From Gemmatimonadota bacterium (lineage in GTDB: Bacteria; Gemmatimonadota; Gemmatimonadetes; Gemmatimonadales; GWC2-71-9), in contig JBDGYA010000004.1 in assembly GCA_039584325.1 (NCBI GenBank), positions 17,669 through 81,668 of the forward strand: a DNA stretch of 64,000 bases, in the 5' to 3' direction. Below are positions 25,367-34,995 of the stretch, one piece after another. Under the pieces are notes generated by a model. It did no database searches and was not told the DNA's origin. It worked only from the letters and a program-made list of their open reading frames with translations. Position 1 is the first letter of the stretch. Every line of letters starts with the position of its first letter. Both the position numbers and the translations under genes were made by a program.

Positions 25367-26743
25367 ATGGCCATGGCTTCCGCCTCGGCCCGGGGCGCGT
25401 GGAAGTCGCGTTTCGGGTTCATACTCGCCGCGGCAGGATCGGCAATCGGACTCGGGAACATCTGGCGGTTCCCCTACGTGGTCGGCGAGAACGGCGGCGC
25501 AGCGTTCGTGCTCGTGTATCTCGGCTTCGTGTTCCTGATCGGCGCTCCCGTGATGCTCGCCGAGCTGTCCCTGGGCCGGCACACCGAGCGCAATCCCGTG
25601 GGGGCGTTCAGCGCGCTGGCTCCGGGCACCGTCTGGAAGTTCGTGGGGCTGCTCGGCGTGATCACGGGTGTGGGAATCCTCTCCTTCTATGGGGTCATCG
25701 CCGGGTGGACCTTCGGCTACTTCGTCAAGACGGTGACCGGGGGCTTCAACGAGGCGATGAGCGCTCAGCAGTCAGAGCAGGTCTTCAGCGACTTCGTCTC
25801 CAACTGGCGGGTCGCCGTCGGACTTCTGATCACGTTCCTGCTGTTGACGGCCCTCATCGTGTGGCGGGGGGTCTCCGATGGCATCGAGCTGATGTCCAAG
25901 ATCCTGATGCCTGTGCTCCTGTTCCTGCTGGTGATCCTGGCCGTCCGCTCGGTCACGCTCTCGGGTGCGGGAGACGGACTGCGCTTCTACCTGGCACCTG
26001 ACTTCTCGAAGATTCGTCCACAGACGGTGCCGACGGCGCTGGGGCAGGCGTTCTTCTCGCTCAGTCTCGGCATGGGCGCGATGATCACCTACGGGAGCTA
26101 CATCGGAAAGCGTGAGAATCTGGTGACGTCGGCGGGAATCGTCTGCCTGTTCGATACGACGATCGCGCTCCTCGCTGGCCTCATTATCTTCCCAGCGCTG
26201 TTCCACGCAGGGCTCGACCCCGCATCGGGCGTCGGACTGGTGTTTCAGGTGCTCCCGCCCCTCTTCGCAGCGCTCCCGGCCGGTCAGCTATTCGGGTCGG
26301 CGTTCTTCCTCTTGCTGACCATTGCCGCGCTCACCTCGACGATCTCGCTCCTCGAGGTTCCGGTCTCCTATCTCATCGACGAGTGGAAGTGGACCCGAGG
26401 GAGGGCGGTGGTGGTCACCACTGCCGGTACCATGCTCCTCGGATTGCCCTCGGCGCTGGCGTTCGGCGCGGTTGGACTGTTCACACAGGTGCCGGGTGCC
26501 AGCATCGATTTCCTGACGCTCATGAGCATCATCTTCGGCAACTACTCACTGTCGGTGGGCTCGCTGGCGCTGGCGGTCTTCGTCGGCTATCGCTGGGGCG
26601 TGGCCGGTGCATCCCGGGAGATCGAGATGGAGGGTGTCAGGTTCAGACTCCGCCCGGCATGGGCGTTCCTGCTCCGGTTCCTCTGCCCCGTCGCGGTCGC
26701 CGTGATCATCGTATACATCGTCTGGACGGGGAACTACTTCTAG
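25367..26743 (+). CDS. sodium-dependent transporter, neurotransmitter:sodium symporter (SNF) family
   Basis: Signature SRFGFILAAAGSAIGLGNIWRFPY, followed by about 11-12 TM helices. Confidence 0.9.
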   Translation: MAMASASARGAWKSRFGFILAAAGSAIGLGNIWRFPYVVGENGGAAFVLVYLGFVFLIGAPVMLAELSLGRHTERNPVGAFSALAPGTVWKFVGLLGVITGVGILSFYGVIAGWTFGYFVKTVTGGFNEAMSAQQSEQVFSDFVSNWRVAVGLLITFLLLTALIVWRGVSDGIELMSKILMPVLLFLLVILAVRSVTLSGAGDGLRFYLAPDFSKIRPQTVPTALGQAFFSLSLGMGAMITYGSYIGKRENLVTSAGIVCLFDTTIALLAGLIIFPALFHAGLDPASGVGLVFQVLPPLFAALPAGQLFGSAFFLLLTIAALTSTISLLEVPVSYLIDEWKWTRGRAVVVTTAGTMLLGLPSALAFGAVGLFTQVPGASIDFLTLMSIIFGNYSLSVGSLALAVFVGYRWGVAGASREIEMEGVRFRLRPAWAFLLRFLCPVAVAVIIVYIVWTGNYF

Positions 26744-26748
26744 AATAG

Positions 26749-26826
26749 CCAACATTCAATGGGGGAATGTTCAACATCCAAGCGTCCGTTCACTTGAACA
26801 TTGAATATTCCCCCATTGGACATTGG
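26749..26826. repeat. 78-nt AT-rich imperfect inverted repeat (long hairpin) between convergent genes
   Basis: Arms 26749-26781 and 26794-26826 pair at 26 Watson-Crick plus 2 G-U of 33 positions. The contiguous 20-bp core is TTCAATGGGGGAATGTTCAA / TTGAACATTGAATATTCCCCCATTGGA. The loop is about 12 nt. Confidence 0.65.
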
Positions 26827-26833
26827 ATATGGG

Positions 26834-27919
26834 CTAGGCGTACACGTCATCCAGTGCCGACGCGGGGGGCGGCATGCTGGTGCGGCGGCTTTCCAGCGCC
26901 TCGTCGGCTGCGCGATCGACTTCGGCCGTCACCTCCGCTTCGATCCGTTCCAGTTCGGCCGCATCCACACCGGTCCCTTTGAGATACTCCTCGTAGAGAC
27001 CGATCGGGTCGCGCCGACCCCAGTGAGCGAACACCTCGGGCGGTACGAGGTCGCGGGCCTCCTGCTCGTCGTGGGTCGCATGCCCGCCCATCCGAAAGGT
27101 CTCCGCTGAGAGGATCACGGGACCGTTGCCGTCGCGGCACTGGTCCGCCGCCAGGCGGGTCGCCGCGTAGGCATCGACCACGTTGTTCCCATCGAATGGC
27201 CAGCCGGCACAGCCGTAGGCGCGGTGCACCTCGGAGAAGTCGCTATTCCGGTGATGGTCCGCGACCGGTGTGCCCAACGCGATCTGATTGTTCTGGATGA
27301 TGAAGACCGCGGGAAGGCGCTGGGCCGCGGCAAAGCTGAACGCCTCATGTGTGGGGCCGGATTTGACCGATCCGTCGCCGACCCAGGTGAGCGCCACGCC
27401 GGGTTCGGCCCGCAGCCGAAATGCCAGGGCGATGCCGACGGTCACTGCGGGCATGTTGCCGATGTTCGAGATGGGTTGCAGTACCCGGTGGGCGAGGCTG
27501 CCCACGTGACCGTCCCGGCCCTTCGACGGAGAGTCGTAGGTCCCAAGGTAGCCACGAAGCATGTCGGCAACCGACATGCCCATCTCGCAGCATGCGCCGG
27601 CGTTGCGGATCATCGGAGCAACCACGTCTCGCGATCGATCGAGTGCATGGACGGGCCCCACGGTGCTGGCTTCCTCTCCGGTGCCGAGCCAGGCCTTCGA
27701 GATCACGCCCTGCCGGACCCAACGCTTGAGCATGATGTCGTGCAGTCGGGTACGCAGCATGCCGCGATAGAGATCGAGCGTCGTTTCCCGGCTGAGCGTT
27801 TTCACGATTCCGACCCGCGTGGGATCAGCGGCCCACACGGAGGGGTACGCGTTGACCAACGCTGGGTCGGGCTTCCACTCGACGTATTCGGGTGGATCGT
27901 ACGCTGGAAACCGCTTCAT
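26834..27919 (-). CDS. thiamine-diphosphate-dependent 2-oxoacid dehydrogenase E1 component, alpha subunit
   Basis: 361 aa. TPP motif region VGDGSVKSGPTHEAFSFAA...FIIQNNQIALGT. No E1-beta gene is adjacent. Confidence 0.85.
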   Translation of the reverse strand: MKRFPAYDPPEYVEWKPDPALVNAYPSVWAADPTRVGIVKTLSRETTLDLYRGMLRTRLHDIMLKRWVRQGVISKAWLGTGEEASTVGPVHALDRSRDVVAPMIRNAGACCEMGMSVADMLRGYLGTYDSPSKGRDGHVGSLAHRVLQPISNIGNMPAVTVGIALAFRLRAEPGVALTWVGDGSVKSGPTHEAFSFAAAQRLPAVFIIQNNQIALGTPVADHHRNSDFSEVHRAYGCAGWPFDGNNVVDAYAATRLAADQCRDGNGPVILSAETFRMGGHATHDEQEARDLVPPEVFAHWGRRDPIGLYEEYLKGTGVDAAELERIEAEVTAEVDRAADEALESRRTSMPPPASALDDVYA

Positions 27920-28001
27920 CGGATACCGAGTTGCTCGAAGTGCATGGAGCGCCTAATATCCCCGGCCGGGCCATACCGAGCAAGAGAACGGGAGCAGAGC
28001 G

Positions 28002-28844
28002 ATGACGATGACCAAGTGCCTGCTGCGTGTCCGGGCCGCCATCCTGGTACCACTGCTGTTGGCCGTCTCGGCAGGGAACCTGCTCGCCCAGGATCCCGTT
28101 GCAGACTCTCTCATCGGAGCGTGGATCGACGCCGTCGGGGGCATGTCGACCTATGAGCGCTTCACGTCAGCGTCGTTTACCGTTACGACGACGCTGTACG
28201 ATACCCTCACGGGTCGGGTGAAGCGCAGCCGGCCGCGCTACGCCCACATTCAGAAGACACCGCGTGGCGAAGCAACCCGGGTGGAGCGTTGGGAGGGTGA
28301 TCGGTTCATCCAGCAGGGGTTCGACGGCCGCGGACCGGCGTGGGCGGCGCTGGCTGGCATCCTCCTTCCCGATACCGCCAAGGACGCGACGGAAGCACTG
28401 TACGTCGCACGTGACCTGTTCTACTGGCTGGGCCTTCCATTCAAGCTGCGGGATCCGGGTGTCTACGTGCGGTATCTCGGTCTCGTGACGCGGCCGGGAG
28501 CGGCATGGGAGGGTGAGCACGGTTCGCCCAGTCTGGCTGCGGACGGACGATACCACGGAGTAGGTGTGTCCTTCGGTGAGGGCGTCGGCGAACACCAGGA
28601 CACGTGGACGTACTACTTCGCACCAGGTCATCCCTTCCCGCACGAAGTGACCTACGTCGAGGAGGGCAAGACGAACGTGAACCGGCTGCTCTGGGGACCG
28701 ACGGAGCGGGGGGGTGAGATCCGGTATCCTTCCGTCGTGCGGCGCGACTGGATCACGGCGTCGGGCAAGCGCACCAAGGCGCTCGTGATCTCCGACGTCA
28801 CGATCAACGACGACGTGCCGATCGAGCGGTTCGAGCGGCCGTAG
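28002..28844 (+). CDS. hypothetical secreted protein
   Basis: 280 aa with signal peptide LLRVRAAILVPLLLAVSAGNLLAQ. No family recognised. Codon usage is consistent with coding. Confidence 0.55.
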   Translation: MTMTKCLLRVRAAILVPLLLAVSAGNLLAQDPVADSLIGAWIDAVGGMSTYERFTSASFTVTTTLYDTLTGRVKRSRPRYAHIQKTPRGEATRVERWEGDRFIQQGFDGRGPAWAALAGILLPDTAKDATEALYVARDLFYWLGLPFKLRDPGVYVRYLGLVTRPGAAWEGEHGSPSLAADGRYHGVGVSFGEGVGEHQDTWTYYFAPGHPFPHEVTYVEEGKTNVNRLLWGPTERGGEIRYPSVVRRDWITASGKRTKALVISDVTINDDVPIERFERP

Positions 28845-28867
28845 CGCAGTGCGGGCGGCGCCCGTCG

Positions 28868-29956
28868 CTACCGGAGCAACCGACTGGCGGTGGGGCGGTG
28901 CTCCGCATCGAGAGCGTCGATGAGGGATTCTCCAAAGTCCCACGCCGTCGCGTACCGACTACCGGGTTCGGTGGCCATCGATGTCATGAGGACCGCCTCG
29001 AGCGCCTTGGAGAAGTCCTTGCGAACCGCTCGGAGCGGAACGGGCTTCCCCCTGAGCCGTGCGATCATCATCTCCTGCGGGGTACGGCCCTGGAACGGGA
29101 GTTGAGTCGTGAACATCTCGTAGCCGACGATGCCCAGAGAGTACACATCGCTGCGACGGTCGAGGGTCTTGCCACGGATCTGTTCGGGACTCATGAACTC
29201 CGGTGTTCCGAGAATGATGCCGGTCGCCGTGAGCTTTGCCACGCCCGGACTCGCCCGCCGCTCCTTGGCCAGGCCGAAGTCCATGACCACCGCGGTTTCG
29301 CCACCGTCCGCATTCTTGACCAGCATGATGTTCTCGGGCTTGAGGTCCCGGTGCACGATGTTCATGTCATGGGCGTGATGCAGACCCGCACAGCACTGCA
29401 CCAGGATCTCCACACCTCGGACGGGATCCATCGGACCGATGGCGACTTCGCGGTCGGACAGGAGCTCACCCCGCAGGTACGGCATGATGAGGTAGATGAG
29501 GCCGTCTTCGGTCTCCCCGAGACGGAGAATGCGGCAGGCGTTGGGATGCTCGAGTCGCATCGCCAACCCCGCCTCTCGGCGCAGGCGCTCGATGGAGCTC
29601 TGGTCGCGTCCGAGCTTGGGGCTCAGCACTTTGATGGCGACCGAATCCCCGGTCGCGAGGTCACGCGCCTCGTAGACGAAGGCCATGCCACCCTCGCCGA
29701 GCTTCCGCTGAATCTCGTACCTTCGATCGATCACCTCGTCCGTGAGCGAGGCCGCGCGACTCGCTCCGACACCCGCGGGAGACTTGAAAGCCTGGCGGAC
29801 GAGCGTCTTCCCTTCCGGCTGCGCAACGGGGCCATCCTTCCCGCCGATCGCCTTGCCGCCCGATCCAGCGACGTCTACGAGCGGACTGCCGTCCTTTGGG
29901 CAGAACCGCGCTTCACCCGCATACACGGTCTTGCATCTCGGACACCGGCGACTCAT
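28868..29956 (-). CDS. serine/threonine protein kinase with N-terminal zinc ribbon
   Basis: Zinc ribbon CPRCKTVYAGEARFCPKDGSPL, then Hanks kinase motifs VAIKVL, HRDLKPENIM, DFGLAK and GTPEFMSPE. ATGA overlap with the upstream GGDEF gene. Confidence 0.9.
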   Translation of the reverse strand: MSRRCPRCKTVYAGEARFCPKDGSPLVDVAGSGGKAIGGKDGPVAQPEGKTLVRQAFKSPAGVGASRAASLTDEVIDRRYEIQRKLGEGGMAFVYEARDLATGDSVAIKVLSPKLGRDQSSIERLRREAGLAMRLEHPNACRILRLGETEDGLIYLIMPYLRGELLSDREVAIGPMDPVRGVEILVQCCAGLHHAHDMNIVHRDLKPENIMLVKNADGGETAVVMDFGLAKERRASPGVAKLTATGIILGTPEFMSPEQIRGKTLDRRSDVYSLGIVGYEMFTTQLPFQGRTPQEMMIARLRGKPVPLRAVRKDFSKALEAVLMTSMATEPGSRYATAWDFGESLIDALDAEHRPTASRLLR

Positions 29957-31401
29957 GTGCGCACCACGTTGCGGCCCTCGTCCTTCGCACGGTACAGGAT
30001 GCGATCCACTCGGTTCAGGACGGCTTCGGGCTCGTCCACGTCGTCGGCGGCAATCACCGTGACGCCGAATGAGGCGGTCAGACGGACCCCGGAACCGTCG
30101 TCGGAGAAGTCGGTGTTCGCGATCCGCTCGCGGATACGATCGGCCAGCGCGCGAGCTCCGGCGAGGGACGTCTCGGGCAGCAGCATGATGAACTCGTCCC
30201 CCCCGAAACGCGCGACCGTATCGACGGCCCGCAACTCACTGCGCAGCAGGACACCCACCTGATGCAGCACGGAGTCTCCCGCAAGGTGCCCATGGGTGTC
30301 GTTGACATGCTTGAAATAGTCCAAGTCCACCATCAGCACGCTGACGGCCTGTCCGTACCGGCGTACCCGCTCAGTCTCCGTCTCGAGTTGATCGAGCAGG
30401 GCACGGCGGTTGAGGCACCCCGTCAGGGCATCCACGGTCGCGAGCCACTCGTAGCGGTCCTTTGCCGACTGCACGTCCTCGAGCTTATATGCCTTCTCGA
30501 TCACGCCCACGCAGCTGTCAATGACCTTCTCCGCGAAGACCAGATCCTCGTCTCCCAAGGACGGGTCACCCTCCAGCGTGCGCAGGAAGAACACACCCCG
30601 GTTCTTCTCCGTCATCGTAAACGGCACGGCAATGGCCGAATGGGTCGCAATGTTCACTCCCCGCTCTTGCCACTCGCTGCGCACGTCCGCAAACAGGGGG
30701 TCACGGTGGACGTCGCGCACGAGGACCGGTCGCTGCTGCTCGATCGCGCGGCAGATCTCCGGGTAGTCCGCGAGCCGGATCTCCAGATTCGTGAGATCCG
30801 GGTTCTCGGCTGCCACCACCACGACCGCCATTTCCTCGCCAGGCCGGATCAGCACGATCGAACACCGGGCGATCCCGAGGGCATGGCGCACGCGATTGGC
30901 GAGCACCCGGTAGATCTCCTCTGGGGCGAGTTGCGCCGTCACCTCGTGCAGGATGTCCAGCATCTCGGAGCGCGTCGTCGCCTCGACCGCCGCGTGACGC
31001 GCGTCGAGCCGGGCCTGGCGTAGCAGGCGTCCCGCACGGAGCTGTGCCTCAACCCGCGCACCGAGCTCCTTGGCCCGAAACGGCTTCGCGACGAAATCGG
31101 CCGCACCAAGCCCCAGCGACGTGACGGCGGCTTCCTCCGGGGAGAGTACCGAGATCATGAGGATCGGCAGGTCGCGCCACCGCTCATCCGCCTTGATCTG
31201 GCGAAGCAGCTCCAGGCCGTCGACCTTCGGCATCAGGATGTCGAGCATCAGCAGATCCGGCTCCTCCTGCGCCAGCGTCGCCAGGACCTCCGAACTCTCC
31301 TGCACCGGGATCACCTGATACCCCTGTCGCTCGAGCGTCAGGGTGAGCGCCGTGAGCTGGATTCGGTCGTCGTCGACCACCACGATCTTCGCAGGCGTCA
31401 T
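29953..31401 (-). CDS. response regulator receiver - GAF - GGDEF diguanylate cyclase
   Basis: REC domain (KIVVVDDD...DLLMLDILMPKVDG). Central GAF-like domain. GGDEF domain with an intact RFGGDEF motif and an RxxD I-site (RAVD) five residues upstream. Confidence 0.9.
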   Translation of the reverse strand: MTPAKIVVVDDDRIQLTALTLTLERQGYQVIPVQESSEVLATLAQEEPDLLMLDILMPKVDGLELLRQIKADERWRDLPILMISVLSPEEAAVTSLGLGAADFVAKPFRAKELGARVEAQLRAGRLLRQARLDARHAAVEATTRSEMLDILHEVTAQLAPEEIYRVLANRVRHALGIARCSIVLIRPGEEMAVVVVAAENPDLTNLEIRLADYPEICRAIEQQRPVLVRDVHRDPLFADVRSEWQERGVNIATHSAIAVPFTMTEKNRGVFFLRTLEGDPSLGDEDLVFAEKVIDSCVGVIEKAYKLEDVQSAKDRYEWLATVDALTGCLNRRALLDQLETETERVRRYGQAVSVLMVDLDYFKHVNDTHGHLAGDSVLHQVGVLLRSELRAVDTVARFGGDEFIMLLPETSLAGARALADRIRERIANTDFSDDGSGVRLTASFGVTVIAADDVDEPEAVLNRVDRILYRAKDEGRNVVRT

Positions 31402-31422
31402 CGTCTTCGCTCGCCGGATCCC

Positions 31423-32367
31423 TTAGGCCGCAGCCAGTTCATCGATGGTCTCCGGGTCGACGTTGCCACCACTCACAACCAGCGCAGTGGGCCCGCTCGC
31501 CTGGAGCACACCAGACCGCAACGCCGCCGTGGTCGCGGCGCCAGAAGGCTCCGCATGCACTCCCCCTTCCCGATGTAGCCACACCGTCGCCTCACGTATT
31601 GCCTCGTCGGACACCTGCACCGCAGACACGCGGTCCCGTACGTGTTCGAAAGTCACCGTCCCGACCGCCAACGGCAAGAGCCCGTCGGCGATGCTGCCCG
31701 TACGGTCGAGCCGCACGGGTCGACCCGCCGCGAGGGCGGCGGCGAGCGTGGCGGCCCCGTCGGGCTCGACGCCCACCATCGTGGCTGCCGGTGTGAGGCT
31801 CGTCAACGCGGTCGTGATCCCGGCAAGCAGACCACCCCCGCCGACCGGTACCGCGACACACGCGACCTCCGGAAGATCCTCGGCGATCTCGAGTCCGATC
31901 GTCCCCTGGCCCGCGACGATGTCCGGATCGTCATACGGGGGAACGACCGCCAGGTCTTGTGCCTGAGCGATCACGAGCGCCCGGGTATAGCGGTCTTCGG
32001 ATGTGCGACCGGCGAAGACCACCTCTGCGCCCCAGCGCCTCACGCCCGCGACCTTCGTCCGTGGTGCCATCTCCGGCATCACGACGACCGCCCGGATGCC
32101 CATGCGCTGGGCAACGTGGGCGACCGCCTGGCCATGGTTCCCACTGGAGTAGGTGACGATCCCCCGCCCGCGCCGCTCGGCATCGAGGCGGCTGATGTAT
32201 GTCCAGGCACCGCGGAGCTTGAACGCGCCGGTGGGCTGCTCGTTCTCGAGCTTGAGAAAGACCGGAGCGCCAAGCCGCTCGGAGAGCGCAGGCATCTCAC
32301 GCAACGGGGTGCGCACGGCCACGTCGGCGAGGCCACGCGCCGCGGCGCGGATGTCGTCGAGCGTCAC
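31423..32367 (-). CDS. PLP-dependent threonine/serine dehydratase (threonine ammonia-lyase-like, no ACT domain)
   Basis: KLENEQPTGAFKLRGA (PLP lysine), SSGNHGQAVA and the glycine loop VPVGGGGLLAG. Confidence 0.8.
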   Translation of the reverse strand: MTLDDIRAAARGLADVAVRTPLREMPALSERLGAPVFLKLENEQPTGAFKLRGAWTYISRLDAERRGRGIVTYSSGNHGQAVAHVAQRMGIRAVVVMPEMAPRTKVAGVRRWGAEVVFAGRTSEDRYTRALVIAQAQDLAVVPPYDDPDIVAGQGTIGLEIAEDLPEVACVAVPVGGGGLLAGITTALTSLTPAATMVGVEPDGAATLAAALAAGRPVRLDRTGSIADGLLPLAVGTVTFEHVRDRVSAVQVSDEAIREATVWLHREGGVHAEPSGAATTAALRSGVLQASGPTALVVSGGNVDPETIDELAAA

Positions 32368-32402
32368 GTGTCGAGGCGTTTTGCCACTCCTGACGGGGTC
32401 TG

Positions 32403-34904
32403 CTAGATCTCCATCTCGCGCTGATCCCGACCGGGCACCACCACCTGAGCGGCGTCCGGCTCCTCTTCCTCGTCCTCTCGCACGACGCGTGCCACGTCCA
32501 TCACCGAGTCACCCGTGTCGAGATTCATCACCTTGACGCCCTGCGTATTCCGCCCGATCACCCGAATGCCCTCCACCGGGAGCCGGATGATCACGCCATG
32601 ACGCGTGACGAGCATCAGCTCGTCGTCGGGTAACACCTCCTTCAGGGCCACCACCGCTCCGGTCTTCTCCGTGCGCTTCACGGTGATAATGCCCTTCCCG
32701 CCGCGCTTCTGGACACGGTAGTCGGACAGCTGCGACCGCTTGCCGAGCCCGCGCTCCGAGACGACCAGCAGCGTCGCATCCCTGCGGATTACTACCATGC
32801 CGATCACACGATCGTCCGTACTGAGCTGAATACCCCGGACCCCAGTCGTGGCCCGGCCCATTTCCCTCACTCCCTTCTCACTGAACCGAATGCTCATTCC
32901 GTTCCGAGTCGCGAGTACCACATCGTTGGTGCCATCGGTGATCTGCACCTCGATCAGCTCGTCACCGTCGTCGATGTTGATCGCGTTGATCCCGGACGAG
33001 CGCGGGTTGCCGTAGGCCGACAGCGCCGTCTTCTTCACCATGCCACTCGCGGTGGCAAAGACGAGGAACTGATCGTCCGCGAACTCACGAACCGTGACGA
33101 ACGCCGCGATCCGCTCCTGAGCGTTGATCTGAATAAGATTGACGATGGGCTTGCCGCGCGCGGCTCGACCGCCCTGGGGAATGTCGTACACCTTGAGCCA
33201 GTACACTTGGCCATTGTCCGTGAAGAACAGCACATAGTCGTGCGTCGACGCCACAAACAGGTGCTCGACCCAGTCGTCCTCCTTCATCCCGACCCCGTTC
33301 AGCCCCCGACCGCCTCGACGCTGACGCCGGTACGTCGTCACCGGAATGCGCTTGATGTAGCCGGACCGAGAGATCGTCACGACCATGTCCTCCTCGGCGA
33401 TGAGATCCTCAATCGAGAAATCCCCCTCGTCGGCCACGATCTCGGTGCGGCGCACGTCGCCGAACTTCGCGACCACCGCGTCCAACTCGTCCTTGAGGAT
33501 GCCCATCCGCTTCTCGCGGGAGGCAAGGATGCTCTTCAGCTCCTTGATGAGCGCACGCACCTCCTTCAGCTCGGCCTCGAGCTTGTCGATCTCGAGCGCC
33601 GTGAGCCGGGCCAGGCGCATGTTCAGGATTGCCTCGCTCTGCTTTTCGGTGAGCCCGAACCGCTCACGGAGGGCCGTGTCCGCCGATGGCACGTCCGGGG
33701 CCTTCCGGATGAGCTGCACGACCTCGTCGATATTGTCGACCGCGATCTTGAGGCCTTCGAGAATATGCTCGCGTGCCTGCGCCTGGCCGAGGTCGAACTC
33801 CGTGCGCTTGGTGATGACATGGTGCCGGTGGTCCACGAAGTGCTGCAGGATCTCTTTGAGGGGCATTACCTTCGGCTGCCCGTCGACCAGCGCGAGCATG
33901 ATCGCGCCGAAGGTGGTCTGCATCTGCGTGTGCTTGTACAGCTGGTTCAGCACGACCGTAGGATTGCCGTCGCGCTTCAGCTCGATCACGATGCGCATGC
34001 CGTCCCGGTCGGACTCGTCCCGTAGGTCGGAGATGTCCGGCACCTTCTTCTGGCGCACCAAGTCCACGATCTGGACGATGAGCCGGGACTTGTTCACCAT
34101 GAACGGAATCTCGGTCACGACGATCTGGGACTTCCCCGAAGACTCCTTTTCCTCAACCTGCGCCCGGGCCCGCATCACAATGCGGCCGCGACCTGTCTCG
34201 TAGCAGTCGCGAATTCCCTCGCGGCCGTAGATGAACCCGCCCGTCGGAAAATCTGGGCCGTGGACCAGCCGTCGGAGATCCTTGGTCTCGCAGTCCGGGT
34301 TGTCAACGAGGTGCTTCGACGCCTCCGCCACCTCGCCGAGATTGTGGGGCGGCACGTTTGTCGCCATGCCCACGGCGATCCCGGACGACCCGTTGATCAG
34401 GAGGTTGGGAACCTTGGCCGGCAGGACGGTCGGCTCCTGGAGACGGTCGTCGAAGTTCGGGACGAAGGACACCGTCTCCTTGTCGATGTCCTCGAGCATT
34501 GCGACCGCCATCTGCGTGAGGCGCGCCTCCGTGTACCGGTATGCCGCCGCGCTGTCCCCGTCGACCGAGCCGAAGTTCCCCTGTCCGTCGACCAGGGGAT
34601 ACCTGAGCGAGAAATCCTGCACCATCCGCACCAGGGCGTCGTACACCGCCATATCACCGTGCGGATGGTACTTGCCCAGCACGTCACCGACGACCGTCGC
34701 GCTCTTCTTGTACGGACGGCCGGGCTGCAGCCCGAGCTCATGCATGGCATAGAGGATTCGCCGGTGAACCGGCTTCAGCCCGTCGCGGACGTCGGGGAGC
34801 GCACGCTGGACGATGACGCTCATCGAGTAGTCGATGAACGACTCCTTCATCTCGTCCTCGATGAGACGGGGCAGAATACGCTCGCGCTGATTCGGTGCGG
34901 TCAT
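32403..34904 (-). CDS. gyrA: DNA gyrase subunit A
   Basis: [40 protein letters not shown], the catalytic Tyr region [10 protein letters not shown], and C-terminal beta-pinwheel repeats. The ATG at 34904 is preferred because the upstream GTG at 34985 would translate through a terminator-like hairpin. Confidence 0.97.
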   Translation of the reverse strand: MTAPNQRERILPRLIEDEMKESFIDYSMSVIVQRALPDVRDGLKPVHRRILYAMHELGLQPGRPYKKSATVVGDVLGKYHPHGDMAVYDALVRMVQDFSLRYPLVDGQGNFGSVDGDSAAAYRYTEARLTQMAVAMLEDIDKETVSFVPNFDDRLQEPTVLPAKVPNLLINGSSGIAVGMATNVPPHNLGEVAEASKHLVDNPDCETKDLRRLVHGPDFPTGGFIYGREGIRDCYETGRGRIVMRARAQVEEKESSGKSQIVVTEIPFMVNKSRLIVQIVDLVRQKKVPDISDLRDESDRDGMRIVIELKRDGNPTVVLNQLYKHTQMQTTFGAIMLALVDGQPKVMPLKEILQHFVDHRHHVITKRTEFDLGQAQAREHILEGLKIAVDNIDEVVQLIRKAPDVPSADTALRERFGLTEKQSEAILNMRLARLTALEIDKLEAELKEVRALIKELKSILASREKRMGILKDELDAVVAKFGDVRRTEIVADEGDFSIEDLIAEEDMVVTISRSGYIKRIPVTTYRRQRRGGRGLNGVGMKEDDWVEHLFVASTHDYVLFFTDNGQVYWLKVYDIPQGGRAARGKPIVNLIQINAQERIAAFVTVREFADDQFLVFATASGMVKKTALSAYGNPRSSGINAINIDDGDELIEVQITDGTNDVVLATRNGMSIRFSEKGVREMGRATTGVRGIQLSTDDRVIGMVVIRRDATLLVVSERGLGKRSQLSDYRVQKRGGKGIITVKRTEKTGAVVALKEVLPDDELMLVTRHGVIIRLPVEGIRVIGRNTQGVKVMNLDTGDSVMDVARVVREDEEEEPDAAQVVVPGRDQREMEI

Positions 34905-34926
34905 GGTCGCTCTGTGTTGAGCAATG

Positions 34927-34952
34927 AAAAAAGGGGCCGGCGCCGACCCCTT
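34927..34952 (-). terminator. intrinsic-terminator-shaped hairpin (minus strand) 23-48 nt upstream of the gyrA start
   Basis: The minus-strand RNA reads AAGGGGUCGG-CG-CCGGCCCC UUUUUU: a stem of 7-8 bp (including one G-U), a small loop and a run of six U. There is no U-run on the plus strand. Confidence 0.55.
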
Positions 34953-34966
34953 GCAGAGGTCTGATA

Positions 34967-34995
34967 AATATACCCCGACTCGCACTGAAAATCAA
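34967..34995 (-). promoter_or_regulatory. sigma70-like promoter TTGATT-N17-TATATT (minus strand) upstream of gyrA
   Basis: Plus-strand AATCAA at 34990-34995 and AATATA at 34967-34972, with exact 17-nt spacing, inside an AT-rich island. Confidence 0.45.

Noticed and set aside
26767-26982. A small ORF (71 aa) starting inside the AT-rich inverted repeat.
   Set aside because: It runs antisense into the 3' end of the E1-alpha gene and has no RBS or family signature. The region is better explained as a hairpin element.
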